A DNA stretch of 64,000 nt from Desulfuromonadales bacterium. GTDB lineage: Bacteria > Desulfobacterota > Desulfuromonadia > Desulfuromonadales > JACZKF01. The notes below the pieces were generated by a model that saw nothing but the letters and a program-made list of their open reading frames with translations, searched no databases and had not been told where the DNA came from. The translations under genes were made by a program, and so were the position numbers. Positions 30,301-39,697 of this stretch are shown piece after piece. The stretch covers positions 2,677 through 66,676 of the forward strand of contig JBAYQP010000001.1 in NCBI GenBank assembly GCA_041677125.1, written 5' to 3'. Each line of letters opens with the position of its first letter. Position 1 is the first letter of the stretch.

Positions 30301-30602
30301 GTCCCCTCCTCGAAAATGATATAGACGAAGGAGTAGCCGAAAAAAGAATAACCGCGAACCACCTTGGAGCCGGGAACCGCCAGCATCTGGGTGGTCAACG
30401 GATAGGTGACCTGGTCCTCCACCACCTGGGGCGCCTGGCCGGGGTACTCGGTGAAGATGATCACCTGCACGTCGGAAAGATCCGGAATGGCGTCGATGGG
30501 CGTCCTGAGCAGGCTGTAAATCCCCGCGATGATGACAAACAGGGTCAGCAGGGCCACCATGAACTTGTTGCGGATGGAGAGATCGATCAGTTTTTCGAGC
30601 AT
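27378..30602 (-). CDS. cusA: Heavy-metal efflux RND pump, CusA/CzcA family
   Basis: 1074 aa beginning MLEKLIDLSIRNKF...IDAIPDLSDVQVII, with a 12-TM RND architecture and large periplasmic loops. Confidence 0.93.
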   Translation of the reverse strand: MLEKLIDLSIRNKFMVALLTLFVIIAGIYSLLRTPIDAIPDLSDVQVIIFTEYPGQAPQVVEDQVTYPLTTQMLAVPGSKVVRGYSFFGYSFVYIIFEEGTDIYWARSRVLEYLNYASGKLPRGVTPTLGPDATGVGWVYEYALVSDGRTDLQQLRSLQDWFLRYELTAVEGVAEVASIGGYVKQYQVSVDPVRLLAYHFTIPQIKAAIQRSNNDVGGRLIEMAETEYMIRGKGYIQSKEDIEKVVVGTDSKGTPVLVRDLAEVKIGPELRRGVAELNGEGEVVGGIVVMRFGENALATIERVKEKLAQLATGLPEGVEIVTTYDRSDLIERAVDTLKEKLIEESIVVALVTALFLFHLPSSLVAIFTLPVALLIAFVIMGAQGINANIMSLGGIAIAIGAMVDAAIIMIENAHKHLERYQGKKPHWQIIRDSAVEVGPTLFYSLLVITVSFVPVFALQEQSGRMFKPLAFTKTYAMAAAAILSVTVVPVLMVWFIRGKIKSEDENPINRLLIRAYHPVVDFVLKWRKSTLLVALLLMLSIIWPLSKMGSEFMPPLYEGDLLYMPTTLPGISIGKAKELLQQTDKIIKEFPEVHHVFGKVGRAETATDPAPLSMIETTIMLKPEEEWRKVPVRRFYSDWPQWTEWAQAPLGWIWPEQRTINVEELKEQLNNAIQFPGLTNAWTMPIKTRIDMLSTGIKTPVGIKIMGPDLQTLSDIGEEIEALVRTLPGTLSAYSERVTGGNYLDFDIDREAAARYGLTVGEVQDVIQSAIGGVNITTTVEGLERYPVNIRYQRDYRNDLQSLERVLVPLKDGTHIPISQLADIVIQKGPPSIKSENARRTAWIYVDIKDIDVGTYVKQAQQAVEKIALPTGYSIVWSGQFEYMQDAKKRFIVIIPLTILIIFVILYLNTKSLIKTGIVFLAVPFSLIGAFWLLYILDYNTSVAVWVGVIALAGLDAETGVVMLLYLDLAHKLWGDNGRMRTRGDLRQAIHHGAVKRIRPKIMTISVIIAGLLPIMWSHGAGADVMKRIAAPMVGGVVTSGIMELMVYPVIYYLWRGRKLEKTLVPTAQTELHE

Positions 30603-30669
30603 TGAAATGCCTGTCTATTGTAGGAGCGGGTTGCCCTGGCCAAGGGCCCGGCAAGCGCCGCCCCGAATA

Positions 30670-32205
30670 TCATTCGAATAAATCGCTCAGATCTTCCTTG
30701 GGTTGGTCGCTTGCGTCCTCGCCAAAGAGGTCGTCCATCTTTTCCGCTTCGCCCGTACTGGCATGCCCTTCATGCGACGGCGCGGGCCCCTGGCCTTTCG
30801 GCTGCGTCATCCTGGAGATCGCCTCGCGCAACTGGCTTTCGGAATCAAGCATGAACTGGGCGGAGGTCACCACCCATTCGCCTGGCAGAAGACCTTCCTT
30901 GATCTGGAGATAGCCCTTCTCGCCCCGTAGTCCGGTCCGGACCTGGCGCGGTTCGAACTTGCCCTCGCCGAGGGCGACGAAGACCGTCTCCTTGTCTCCG
31001 GAGTCGATCACCGCCTCGGCAGGCACCGCCAGGACGTTCTCAATGGTCTGCGCCTCGATGACGACATTGACGTACATGTCCGGTTTCAACTCGAATTGCT
31101 GATTATCGAGGACGATGCGCGCCTTGACGGTGCGGGTTTTCGCCTCCAGATAGGGATAAATCTTGTCGATCTTCCCGCGCACCGGATCGCCCTCGTAAGG
31201 TAGCTCCACCCAGGCGTCCTGCCCCACTTTGACCCAGGGCAATTCGTATTCGTAGATATCGGCAAACACCCAGACATTGGAGATATCCGAAATGCGAAAG
31301 AGCTCCGCCCCCGGCTGAATTCTCATCCCCTCGTTGGCCATCTTGGCGCTGACGATCCCATCGTACGGCGAATAGAGGGTCAGAGTCTTCTTCACCTCGC
31401 CTGTCTTGCGCAGCTGTTCGATCTGCTTTTTCGAAATATCCCAATACTCCAGGCGTTTTTGCGACGAGGCCAGCAGGCGCTCGGCCCCTTCGGCGATTTC
31501 CGGGAAGGGGCTTTTCTCCAGTTTGGCCTTGTTGTGCAACGCCAGCAGGTACTCTTCCTGGGCGGAAACGAGTTCGGGGCTGTAGATCGACAGCAACGGC
31601 TGGCCTTTTTTGACGAACTGACCGGTTTCGTTGATGTGAAGATTTTCGATCCAGCCACCGATTTTGGTGTTAACGGTATACTGCTTCGGCTCCTCATAGC
31701 CGACCAGACCGACGGTGCGCACTGTCCGCGCGAGGTCGCGGCGGGTCGTTTCGGCGGTGCGCACCCCCATGTTCTGCTGCGTCACCGGATCGATCTGGAT
31801 GATCGATCCGCCCGGCGCCTCGTCCTCGTAAACCGGCACCAGATCCATCCCCATGGGGGACTTGCCCGGTGCGTCGCGGACGTAGCTCGGGTCCATCGGC
31901 GCCACCCAGTACTTGATCTTGCGCTCGCCGGTGGCCACGGCTTTTCCGCCACCGCCGGCGCCAGCCTTCAGGGGCGTTAAGTCCATGGCGCAGATCGGGC
32001 AGGTTCCCGGCTCGTCCTGGATGATAAAGGGGTGCATGCCGCAGGTGTACTGCACGCTCTCCGCTGGAACCGCCGCCGTTTCTCCGCCGCCGCCCTCCCC
32101 GCCCGGCGTTTCGCGTCCGGTCAAGGTCAGTCCGGCAATGGCCAGAACGAGAACGAGTATGATCCCCAAAAAGACTTGCTCGCGTCGTGTCATGAATGTA
32201 CCCAC
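30670..32205 (-). CDS. cusB: Efflux RND periplasmic adaptor (CusB-like) with an N-terminal heavy-metal-binding domain
   Basis: 511 aa containing YTCGMHPFIIQDEPGTCPICAMDL (an HMBD-type CxxH...CPxC) and then an HlyD/MFP barrel-sandwich region. It has an acidic C-terminal tail. An alternative start is MTRREQ at 32193. Confidence 0.85.
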   Translation of the reverse strand: MGTFMTRREQVFLGIILVLVLAIAGLTLTGRETPGGEGGGGETAAVPAESVQYTCGMHPFIIQDEPGTCPICAMDLTPLKAGAGGGGKAVATGERKIKYWVAPMDPSYVRDAPGKSPMGMDLVPVYEDEAPGGSIIQIDPVTQQNMGVRTAETTRRDLARTVRTVGLVGYEEPKQYTVNTKIGGWIENLHINETGQFVKKGQPLLSIYSPELVSAQEEYLLALHNKAKLEKSPFPEIAEGAERLLASSQKRLEYWDISKKQIEQLRKTGEVKKTLTLYSPYDGIVSAKMANEGMRIQPGAELFRISDISNVWVFADIYEYELPWVKVGQDAWVELPYEGDPVRGKIDKIYPYLEAKTRTVKARIVLDNQQFELKPDMYVNVVIEAQTIENVLAVPAEAVIDSGDKETVFVALGEGKFEPRQVRTGLRGEKGYLQIKEGLLPGEWVVTSAQFMLDSESQLREAISRMTQPKGQGPAPSHEGHASTGEAEKMDDLFGEDASDQPKEDLSDLFE

Positions 32206-32216
32206 TTCCTTATCCG

Positions 32217-33554
32217 TTAATTTTTCTCTTCATCAGCCGGCAAAGCGTCCACGATCTCTCCCACAGGCACTCCCGATTCGGCTTCGAGTCGGGCAATGTT
32301 CTGTTTGTAGGTGGATACCAGCCGAAAATATTCCAGATTGTCCTGATACAGCTTGGTCAGAGCATCGATCAGGGTGAGGAAATCGACCCGCCCCGCCTGA
32401 TAGGCGCTGACCGCCGCCTGGTAGGATTGACTGGCCTGAGGAATAATTCCTGTTTCGTAAAGCCGCAGTAGTTCCCGATTTTTCGCCATTTCGGAATAAC
32501 TATCGAAGATATTGAAGAAAATCTGGTTTCTGAACTGCTCGTATTGCCGCAGGGCCATGCGGATGCCCGATTCGGCTTCGCCGACCGCCGCCCGCCGTTT
32601 TTCACGGTAAACCGGAAGACTCATGCTGAACTCCAGGCCGACAAAATCGGTTCCATCGTCCCCCATGTTGTCCTGCCGGTGGGTGTAAGCGGCGCCGAGG
32701 CTGAAATCGGGGTAATCGTTGAGACGGGCCAATTCCCTTTCGGCCTTGAAACGATCCACCAGAGAACGGTAAGCGGCATAGAAGGGACGCTGCAACTCGG
32801 AAAGTTCTTGCAGCTTCTCGACCGGAATCTCCACCTCGCCAATAGCGATGTCGGCCAGCGGCGCCAGCGGTGCTCCTGTCGGGCGATTCAACAACGCATT
32901 CAGCCGGGCAATGGCCGAGAGCCGCTGCTGGCGCAGACCGATGATGCGATCCATCAGGCGGGAGCGCTCGACCTGAGCCTTGAGGACATCCTGCTGCAAT
33001 CCCTGCCCGACTTCGTACCGCGTTTCAGCCAGTCGGGTGAAATCATCGAGGAGAGCCATATTCTTCTGCAGGATCGCGACCGCACGGTCGAGATAATAGA
33101 TGCGGTAAAAGACATCCTTGACGTTTTGCGTCAACTGCAACTTCTGATCTTCGTAGGCCGCCTTGTACCAGAGCGCTTTCTGCTCGGCGACTTCCCCCCG
33201 AGCCGCCAGTTTGCCGGGAAAGGGGAATCTCTGCGTCAACCGCAGGGTTTGTCCGGTCATCGGGGTTTCATCGCCGGCAAGCGAATCGATGGGATAATTG
33301 TTCAGTCCCAAAGACAAAGTCGGATCCTCCAACGCTACCGCCTGGGCGACCGTCTCGGTATTCATGGCCCAGCGCTCCTGTCCAGCCTGTAAATCCGGGT
33401 TGTTCGCCAGCGCCTCGGCGACCAGATCGTCCAGCAGGGGTGAATCCGCCGCCGATATATTATTGTCAACTCCCAGCGCCGTTTCGGCGGCCAACAGACC
33501 GGGAATCGGCAGGAGAAGCAACAAGATCAGCAGAAAAGGGGGGATGATGCGCAT
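32217..33554 (-). CDS. cusC: TolC-family outer-membrane factor (CusC-like)
   Basis: 445 aa from MRIIPPFLLILLLLLPIPGLLA (signal peptide), with two OEP repeats. The longer track ORF up to 33662 has no signal peptide at its start. Confidence 0.85.
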   Translation of the reverse strand: MRIIPPFLLILLLLLPIPGLLAAETALGVDNNISAADSPLLDDLVAEALANNPDLQAGQERWAMNTETVAQAVALEDPTLSLGLNNYPIDSLAGDETPMTGQTLRLTQRFPFPGKLAARGEVAEQKALWYKAAYEDQKLQLTQNVKDVFYRIYYLDRAVAILQKNMALLDDFTRLAETRYEVGQGLQQDVLKAQVERSRLMDRIIGLRQQRLSAIARLNALLNRPTGAPLAPLADIAIGEVEIPVEKLQELSELQRPFYAAYRSLVDRFKAERELARLNDYPDFSLGAAYTHRQDNMGDDGTDFVGLEFSMSLPVYREKRRAAVGEAESGIRMALRQYEQFRNQIFFNIFDSYSEMAKNRELLRLYETGIIPQASQSYQAAVSAYQAGRVDFLTLIDALTKLYQDNLEYFRLVSTYKQNIARLEAESGVPVGEIVDALPADEEKN

Positions 33555-33851
33555 TGCAAGCTCCTTGGTGGGCAACGGGTGGAAATGCTTTGGAAGTATA
33601 ACCCTGCCCAAACCTTCGTCGAATCCGATCGGCAAACCAGGCGATGTATCCGGTAGCACCATCCATCACCTATCATGGATCGTGCCAAAAAAATAGGTTC
33701 TAAATTCAATAGGTTATGAAGTGTTCCCGAGATAAAGAGTCGAATATTGCACGCGTGGTGGAGAATATTCTGCAGTCTGCAGGGAGGGTATGGTGCGAAG
33801 GGAAGCCCAGCCAAGATCGAATGATCTCGTCCTGGCTGGGGAGGTGGGATT

Positions 33852-34253
33852 TTATCGGGTTGATGAATACCAGAGGGAGGCGACCATGCCCCAGATAAAA
33901 TTAAGGAGAATGACCAGCATCGGCGTCAGTGTGCCGAAACCGAGTCCGAGCATTCCTTTGCCCATTTCAGGAAAAACAACGAACAGGACCATGGCGGAAG
34001 GGGCAAGGCTTACGAGCATGCCACGCAAAAGGAGCCGGCTCTTCAGGAACGGCAAGACAAGAAGAAGTCCCCAGATGCCACCCCAGACCAGACGGGGATA
34101 CAACCAGGATGCGGTGAATTCCGGCCGCAGGCCGATGCCGAGTTTGGCGGTGATTCCGACCTTTCCGAGCCACCAGATATTGGCGCTGTCGACCAGCGCT
34201 CCGAGCGTGCCGCCAACGTAAGCGCCACCGACCGCCCGATTCCATTTGCCCAT
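33852..34253 (-). CDS. Small integral membrane protein; function unknown
   Basis: 133 aa from MGKWNRAV, with an AGGAAGG SD. It has about four hydrophobic segments. No family was recognised. Confidence 0.5.
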   Translation of the reverse strand: MGKWNRAVGGAYVGGTLGALVDSANIWWLGKVGITAKLGIGLRPEFTASWLYPRLVWGGIWGLLLVLPFLKSRLLLRGMLVSLAPSAMVLFVVFPEMGKGMLGLGFGTLTPMLVILLNFIWGMVASLWYSSTR

Positions 34254-34563
34254 GTTTGCCCTTCCTTTCGCCACAAGTTGACATCCTTGTGGGGCGAATT
34301 GAATAATCATCACATTGTGGTGCGCCGAACCTTAAAATGCCGTTTGCCGCCATTTTTGTCAATCGAGGAAAGACAGGGCGCGGTGGTTCTGCTCCTTGCC
34401 CGCTTCTTCCTTTCCCGGCGCTCCACCTGTAGCGAAGAACCGGACGGCGCCTGACCCCCTGCACCCTCATCGGCGGGTCGCCGGTATTGCATTTGCGCCA
34501 TGAATCACCGGTGAATTACATCGGCATGGTGGCATTTTTCCCCTCTTGGGTATAATAGCAGGC

Positions 34564-36633
34564 ATGAAAAAATTCATTCTTGCTGGTATTGCCGCCCTGT
34601 TTGTCGCCGCCCAGGCTTTCGCCGCCGCTGTCGTCGAACAGCACGATCTGCGGGTGGAGCTGGTCCCCGAGCAGAATCTCATTCAGGCCACCGACCGGCT
34701 GACGGTGCGGCCCGACGGCGCCTCCCGCCTCCTGCTCACCCTGACGCCGACGGCGGAAATCCTCGATGTGACCGCCGACGGGCGACAAGTCCCCTGGAGT
34801 TTTCAGCGGGGGCATCTTGGCATTGAACTGCCGACGGGGGAACGGGTGTCGGTGGGGATCCGCTACCGAGCGAAATTCACCGACCAGGCGCCGGCGCGAC
34901 CGCTCAACACCGAAGATCCCGGTTTCGGCGTCACCGGCGCCATCGGGCCGGAGGGCGTTTTTCTTGGCGGCGAGGCGGGGTGGTACCCGGAGGATCGGGA
35001 GAGCCAGCCGACTTTCCGCCTGCAGATCGATACGCCGCTGGGGATGAGTGCCGTCACGGCCGGCCGCCGCATAGCAAATGAACCCGGTCGCTCCGTCTGG
35101 CAGGTCGAGCATCCGGTACGCGGCCTTGCCCTGGCGGCCGGACCGTACCAGGTGCGTAGCGGCGAAGCCGGCGATGTCCCCGTCTATGCCTACTTCTATC
35201 CCCAAAGTCGGCAGTTCGCCGAAACTTACCTGCAAGCCGCCCAGAACTATATCGAAATGTACCGGCAGCTGTTCGGTCCTTACCCTTTCGCCAAATTCGC
35301 CGTGACGGAGAACTTCTTTCCCACCGGCTACGGCTATCCCTCCTGGACGCTGCTCGGCAGTTCCGTGGTCGCCCTCCCCTTTATCGTCGAAACCAGTCTC
35401 GGGCACGAAGTCGCCCATTCGTGGTGGGGAAACGGCGTCTGGGTCGATTATGCGCAAGGCAACTGGTCGGAGGGACTCACCACCTATGTCGCCGACCACC
35501 TCTACAAAGCGCGCCAGTCGCCGGAAGAAGCGCGCCAATACCGGTTGAAAATTCTGCGTGATTACGCCGCCCTGGTGCCGCCGGACAAAGATTTTCCCCT
35601 GGCGGATTTCATCAGCCGGACCACGGCCGCGGAGCAAGCGGTCGGCTACGGCAAGGCGGCGATGGTCTTTCACATGGCGCGGCAGCGGGTGGGGGATGCC
35701 GCCTTCTGGGAAGGTCTGCGGCGGGTGGCCGGCGAGAAACTCTTCGCCCGGGCAAGTTGGCGGGATTTCGCCGAAGCGCTGGAACAGACCGGGGGAAACG
35801 ATCTGCAACCCTTCTTTCGCCAGTGGGTGCAGCGTCCGGGCGCGCCGCAACTGGTCCTGACCGAGGTGCGCGCCGAACCCAACGCCTCGGGGTGGACGGT
35901 GACCGGCGTCCTGCGCCAGCAGCCCCCGGTTTACGACTTGCAGATGCCGCTTTTGCTGGAAACCGAAGACGGCTCGATTACGGCGATCATTGCCGCTGGC
36001 GACGAAACAACTCCCTTTCGCCTTGCGGCGTCCGGCCGGCCGCTGCGGCTGATCGCCGATCCCGAGGTGGACGTTTTTCGTCGTCTGGCCTGGTCGGAAA
36101 TTCCGCCCACGGTCAATGGGGTGCGCGGGTCCGGCAATCTTCTGGCGATAGCCGCAGCCGATCTACCGGCCGCGACCCTGGAGTCGGCCCGCCAGATTCT
36201 TCCCGCACTGGGGCGGAAAACGACGAATATCCGGTCTGAACAGGAGGTCTCCCCCACGGAACTGCAAGGGCGCGACGTGCTTTTCATCGGCCTGCCGACC
36301 CGTGAGGAATTGCGGCCGATTCTGCCGGCGGGGCTGACGCTGTCGGCAACAGAATTCGTGCTGGAAGGCGAGGCTTATGCCGGGGAGGATGCGGTTCTCT
36401 TCGCCACCTTGCCACAGGCGAAGGAGCCGCAACGGACCACCGCCCTTTTCCTGCCCGGATCGGCGAAGGCGGCGGCCACCGCCGCGCGAAAGATTCCCCA
36501 TTACGGCAAATACAGTTACCTGGCTTTTGTCAATGGGACCAACGTCGCCAAAGGAATCTGGCCGGCGCCGAGTACGCCAATGGTTCATACCTTCGCGCCG
36601 CCGACCGAGCAAATTCAGGGAGAACAGCGATGA
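34564..36633 (+). CDS. Secreted M1-family zinc metallopeptidase (aminopeptidase N-like)
   Basis: 689 aa with signal peptide MKKFILAGIAALFVAAQAFA. The zinc motif is GHEVAHSWWGN followed by WSEGLTTY (HExxH-x18-E type). Confidence 0.85.
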   Translation: MKKFILAGIAALFVAAQAFAAAVVEQHDLRVELVPEQNLIQATDRLTVRPDGASRLLLTLTPTAEILDVTADGRQVPWSFQRGHLGIELPTGERVSVGIRYRAKFTDQAPARPLNTEDPGFGVTGAIGPEGVFLGGEAGWYPEDRESQPTFRLQIDTPLGMSAVTAGRRIANEPGRSVWQVEHPVRGLALAAGPYQVRSGEAGDVPVYAYFYPQSRQFAETYLQAAQNYIEMYRQLFGPYPFAKFAVTENFFPTGYGYPSWTLLGSSVVALPFIVETSLGHEVAHSWWGNGVWVDYAQGNWSEGLTTYVADHLYKARQSPEEARQYRLKILRDYAALVPPDKDFPLADFISRTTAAEQAVGYGKAAMVFHMARQRVGDAAFWEGLRRVAGEKLFARASWRDFAEALEQTGGNDLQPFFRQWVQRPGAPQLVLTEVRAEPNASGWTVTGVLRQQPPVYDLQMPLLLETEDGSITAIIAAGDETTPFRLAASGRPLRLIADPEVDVFRRLAWSEIPPTVNGVRGSGNLLAIAAADLPAATLESARQILPALGRKTTNIRSEQEVSPTELQGRDVLFIGLPTREELRPILPAGLTLSATEFVLEGEAYAGEDAVLFATLPQAKEPQRTTALFLPGSAKAAATAARKIPHYGKYSYLAFVNGTNVAKGIWPAPSTPMVHTFAPPTEQIQGEQR

Positions 36634-37490
36634 AACTCTGCCAGACCGTTTTGGTCCTGGTCGCTTTTTTTGTCGGAAGCCTGTTGCTGTCGATGCCGGC
36701 CAGCGCCCATATCATGGCCGTGGACGGCAACCGAATCGTGACCTTCGATCAGTTGATCGACGACCTGGGGACGGCGCGGATCGTCTTCGTCGGCGAACTC
36801 CATGACCGCCCCGGTCATCACCGGGCGCAGTTGCAGGTTATTCAGGGCTTGCAGGCCACCGGCCGGCCGGTGGCCATCGGTTTGGAAATGGCCCGCCAGG
36901 AAGCGCAGGAAGCGCTGGATCAGTGGGTCGGGGGGAGAATGGGAGAGCAGAAATTCCGCAGGATTTTCGAGGAAGGCTGGGGAATGTGGGAGCAATACCA
37001 GGAAATTCTCCAATATGCCCGCAAAAATCGCATTCCGCTGGTCGCCCTCAACGTTTCACGGGACATAACGCAGCAGGTGGCGCAAGAGGGATTCGACTCC
37101 CTTTCGGCCGAACAGTCGCAGGCCTTGCCCGGCGTGACCTGCACCATCGATCCCGAATACCGAGATTTCATTCGTCGCACCCTCGGCAATCATGCCCATG
37201 ACGGGGCGCAATTCGAGAATTTTTGCGAAGCGCAGATGGTCTGGGATACGGTCATGGCCAGAAATATTGTTCATTACCTGGGGGACCATCCGGAGACCAC
37301 CATGGTTGTCCTTGCCGGCAGCGGACATGCCTGGAAATACGGCATTCCGGAACAGGTTCGCCGCCAGGGAGGGGAGTTCCCCTCGCGGGTGCTTCTGCCG
37401 GAAATCGTCGGACGCATTGCGGCCGGTGAAATCACCACCGATGAAGCGGATTACCTGCTGCTGGGGGTTGACGAGGCGGAGTTGCATTGA
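36630..37490 (+). CDS. ChaN-family (haem-binding uptake/Tiki-superfamily) periplasmic protein
   Basis: 286 aa with an ATGA overlap with the upstream gene and a signal peptide. It contains RIVFVGELHDRPGHH and GSGHAWKYGIP, as in ChaN/DUF399. Confidence 0.7.
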   Translation: MKLCQTVLVLVAFFVGSLLLSMPASAHIMAVDGNRIVTFDQLIDDLGTARIVFVGELHDRPGHHRAQLQVIQGLQATGRPVAIGLEMARQEAQEALDQWVGGRMGEQKFRRIFEEGWGMWEQYQEILQYARKNRIPLVALNVSRDITQQVAQEGFDSLSAEQSQALPGVTCTIDPEYRDFIRRTLGNHAHDGAQFENFCEAQMVWDTVMARNIVHYLGDHPETTMVVLAGSGHAWKYGIPEQVRRQGGEFPSRVLLPEIVGRIAAGEITTDEADYLLLGVDEAELH

Positions 37491-37571
37491 GGCGGGAATA
37501 GCTGATAATTCTTGCAGCCTTACCTCGATTTTGGCCATCAATAAAGAAGCGCACGCGGTCGGTGAGAGATT

Positions 37572-37915
37572 TCATCGATGACCGCCCCTTTCATTCATCG
37601 TTCCGGTCATCACCGTCAGGTCGTTGACGATAGCCAGGCGGGGCCTCCGGTTGCTCGCTACAGGCGATACCGCCGACAACCAGGGGAAGGGGTGGGGCGG
37701 TTGCGCCATAGCAACCTGCGTCGGCGTGATTTCTCGCCCAGCATCGGCATAACCGACCAGTAGGGTGCGGTCGCAAATGCCCTTGATCAGCCTTGGCGTT
37801 CCGCCGGAGAATTCATAGATTCGGCGTATTGCCGCCGGGGTGAAAAATGATTATTGTGGTTGCCGGCGACCCGCAGTCGATGCCGGATATAGGCGGCGGT
37901 ATCGTCGAAATCCAT
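37572..37915 (-). pseudogene. N-terminally truncated, frameshifted remnant of an ExeA/GspA-like AAA ATPase gene
   Basis: One minus-strand frame reads ...DDTAAYIRHRLRVAGN. After a frame change within aataatcattttt (about 37850-37860), a second frame reads FFTPAAIRRIYEFSGGTPRLIKGICDRTLLVGYADAGREITPTQV. Joined, the two match the C-terminal part of ExeA-type ATPases as I recall them. No Walker motifs lie upstream. Confidence 0.55.
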
Positions 37916-37984
37916 GGCCAGCTTTTATTTACAAGATAAATCCACGGCGTGTTTCGCCCGCAACATTCATCGAGGCTGTAACGT

Positions 37985-39697
37985 ATGAGCGACTGGAAGG
38001 ACATCACCCGTGAAGCGAAAATTGCCTACTTCTCCATGGAAATCGGTTTGACCAACGATATCCCCACTTACAGCGGCGGCCTGGGTGTTTTGGCCGGGGA
38101 TACGATTAAAACCGCCGCCGACTTGAAGGTGCCGATGGTGGCCGTCACCCTGGTTTGCCGCCAGGGTTATTTTCTGCAGAAGATCGGTCCCGATGGATGG
38201 CAGCAGGAATTCCACCGCAGTTGGAAGCCGGAAACCTTCATGGAATTGCTGCCGGTGAAGACGCTGGTCACCATCGAGGGGCGCGACGTCAAGGTGCAAG
38301 GCTGGCTTTATCGCGTCAAAAGCCCGAGCGGCGGCCAGGTGCCGGTGCTGTTTCTCGATACCGATATTCCAGGCAACGAAGAGCAGGACCGCCGCATTAC
38401 CGACGAACTTTACGGCGGCGACAGAATCTACCGGCTGAAACAGGAGATTGTTCTCGGCTTGGGCGGCGCCCGCATCCTCGATGCCCTGGGCTTTACCGTT
38501 CGCAAATACCACATGAACGAGGGGCACGCCAGTCTGCTCACCCTCGAGTTGCTCAACCATTCGCGCCGTTCGGTCGAGGACACATGGGACGAACGGGCCG
38601 CCTGGGACACCCATCGGGTGATGGAGCAATGCGTTTTCACCACGCACACGCCGGTCGAGGCTGGGCATGACCTGTTTCCGTACGATCTGGTGCAGCAGGT
38701 CATGGGCGAAATAGTCCCCCTCCCCTTGCTCCAGGAACTAGCCGGCCAGGAAGTCCTCAACACGACGGTGCTGGCGATGAATCTCAGTCGCTACGTCAAT
38801 GGGGTGGCGAAGAAACACGGGGAAGTTTCCAAGGTTTTATTCCCCGGTTTTGAGATTCACGCCATCACCAACGGTATCCACCCCTTCACCTGGGCATCGC
38901 CTTATTTCGTCAATTTATTCAACCACTACCTGCCGAGTTGGGGCAGGGAGCCGGAGCTGCTGGTGCGGGTGGACACCATCCCGGACGAGGAGATCTGGGA
39001 CGCGCATCTGGGCGCCAAGGCCTATCTGTTTCAGTACGTGGAAGAAACGACGGGAGTGCGCCTCGACCCGGATGTCCTGACCATCGGTTTCGCCCGGCGG
39101 GCGGCCTCTTACAAGCGGGGCGATCTGGTGTTCAGCGATCCGGAACGGCTAGTGGCCATGGGCGAGGGAAAGCTGCAGTTCGTCTTCGGTGGCAAAGCGC
39201 ATCCCCGCGACACCCTTGGCAAAGAATTGATCCAGCGCATCATCCAGCAGATCCGTCAATTGAAGGGGCGTATTTCCTGCGTCTACCTGGAAAACTACAA
39301 CATGGAGGTGGCGGCCCGCCTGATCCCCGGAGTGGACGTCTGGCTGAACAATCCGCTGCGCCCCCTGGAGGCGTCCGGCACCAGCGGCATGAAGGCGGCC
39401 CTCAATGGAGTGCCGAATTTCAGTGTTCTGGATGGGTGGTGGATCGAGGGCCACATCGAAGGGGTGACCGGCTGGTCGATCGGCCCGCCGCCCACGGAAA
39501 ACGCCGTCGATATCAACCATTCGGCCGAGGATGTTCTCGACCTTTACAGCAAACTGGAGAAAACCATCCTACCGATGTACTACAACGATCGACCCGCATG
39601 GATTCGCATCATGAAAAACGCCATTGGCAAAAATGCCTATTATTTCAATACGCACGTCATGATGCGCCGCTATGTAACCGAAGCCTATTTCCACTGA
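37985..39697 (+). CDS. glgP: Alpha-glucan (glycogen/maltodextrin) phosphorylase, short TIGR02094-type
   Basis: 570 aa containing AYFSMEIG...YSGGLGVLAGD, HMNEGHA, NGVAKKHG, and EASGTSGMKAALNG (PLP-lysine region). Confidence 0.9.
   Translation: MSDWKDITREAKIAYFSMEIGLTNDIPTYSGGLGVLAGDTIKTAADLKVPMVAVTLVCRQGYFLQKIGPDGWQQEFHRSWKPETFMELLPVKTLVTIEGRDVKVQGWLYRVKSPSGGQVPVLFLDTDIPGNEEQDRRITDELYGGDRIYRLKQEIVLGLGGARILDALGFTVRKYHMNEGHASLLTLELLNHSRRSVEDTWDERAAWDTHRVMEQCVFTTHTPVEAGHDLFPYDLVQQVMGEIVPLPLLQELAGQEVLNTTVLAMNLSRYVNGVAKKHGEVSKVLFPGFEIHAITNGIHPFTWASPYFVNLFNHYLPSWGREPELLVRVDTIPDEEIWDAHLGAKAYLFQYVEETTGVRLDPDVLTIGFARRAASYKRGDLVFSDPERLVAMGEGKLQFVFGGKAHPRDTLGKELIQRIIQQIRQLKGRISCVYLENYNMEVAARLIPGVDVWLNNPLRPLEASGTSGMKAALNGVPNFSVLDGWWIEGHIEGVTGWSIGPPPTENAVDINHSAEDVLDLYSKLEKTILPMYYNDRPAWIRIMKNAIGKNAYYFNTHVMMRRYVTEAYFH

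Noticed and set aside
29052-30605. 517-aa plus-strand ORF, plus other long ORFs inside 27355-30654
   Set aside because: All are antisense or out of frame relative to cusA, and their composition looks non-protein-like.
34516-35850. 444-aa minus-strand ORF
   Set aside because: It is antisense to the M1 peptidase gene, which carries HExxH, so it is a shadow ORF.
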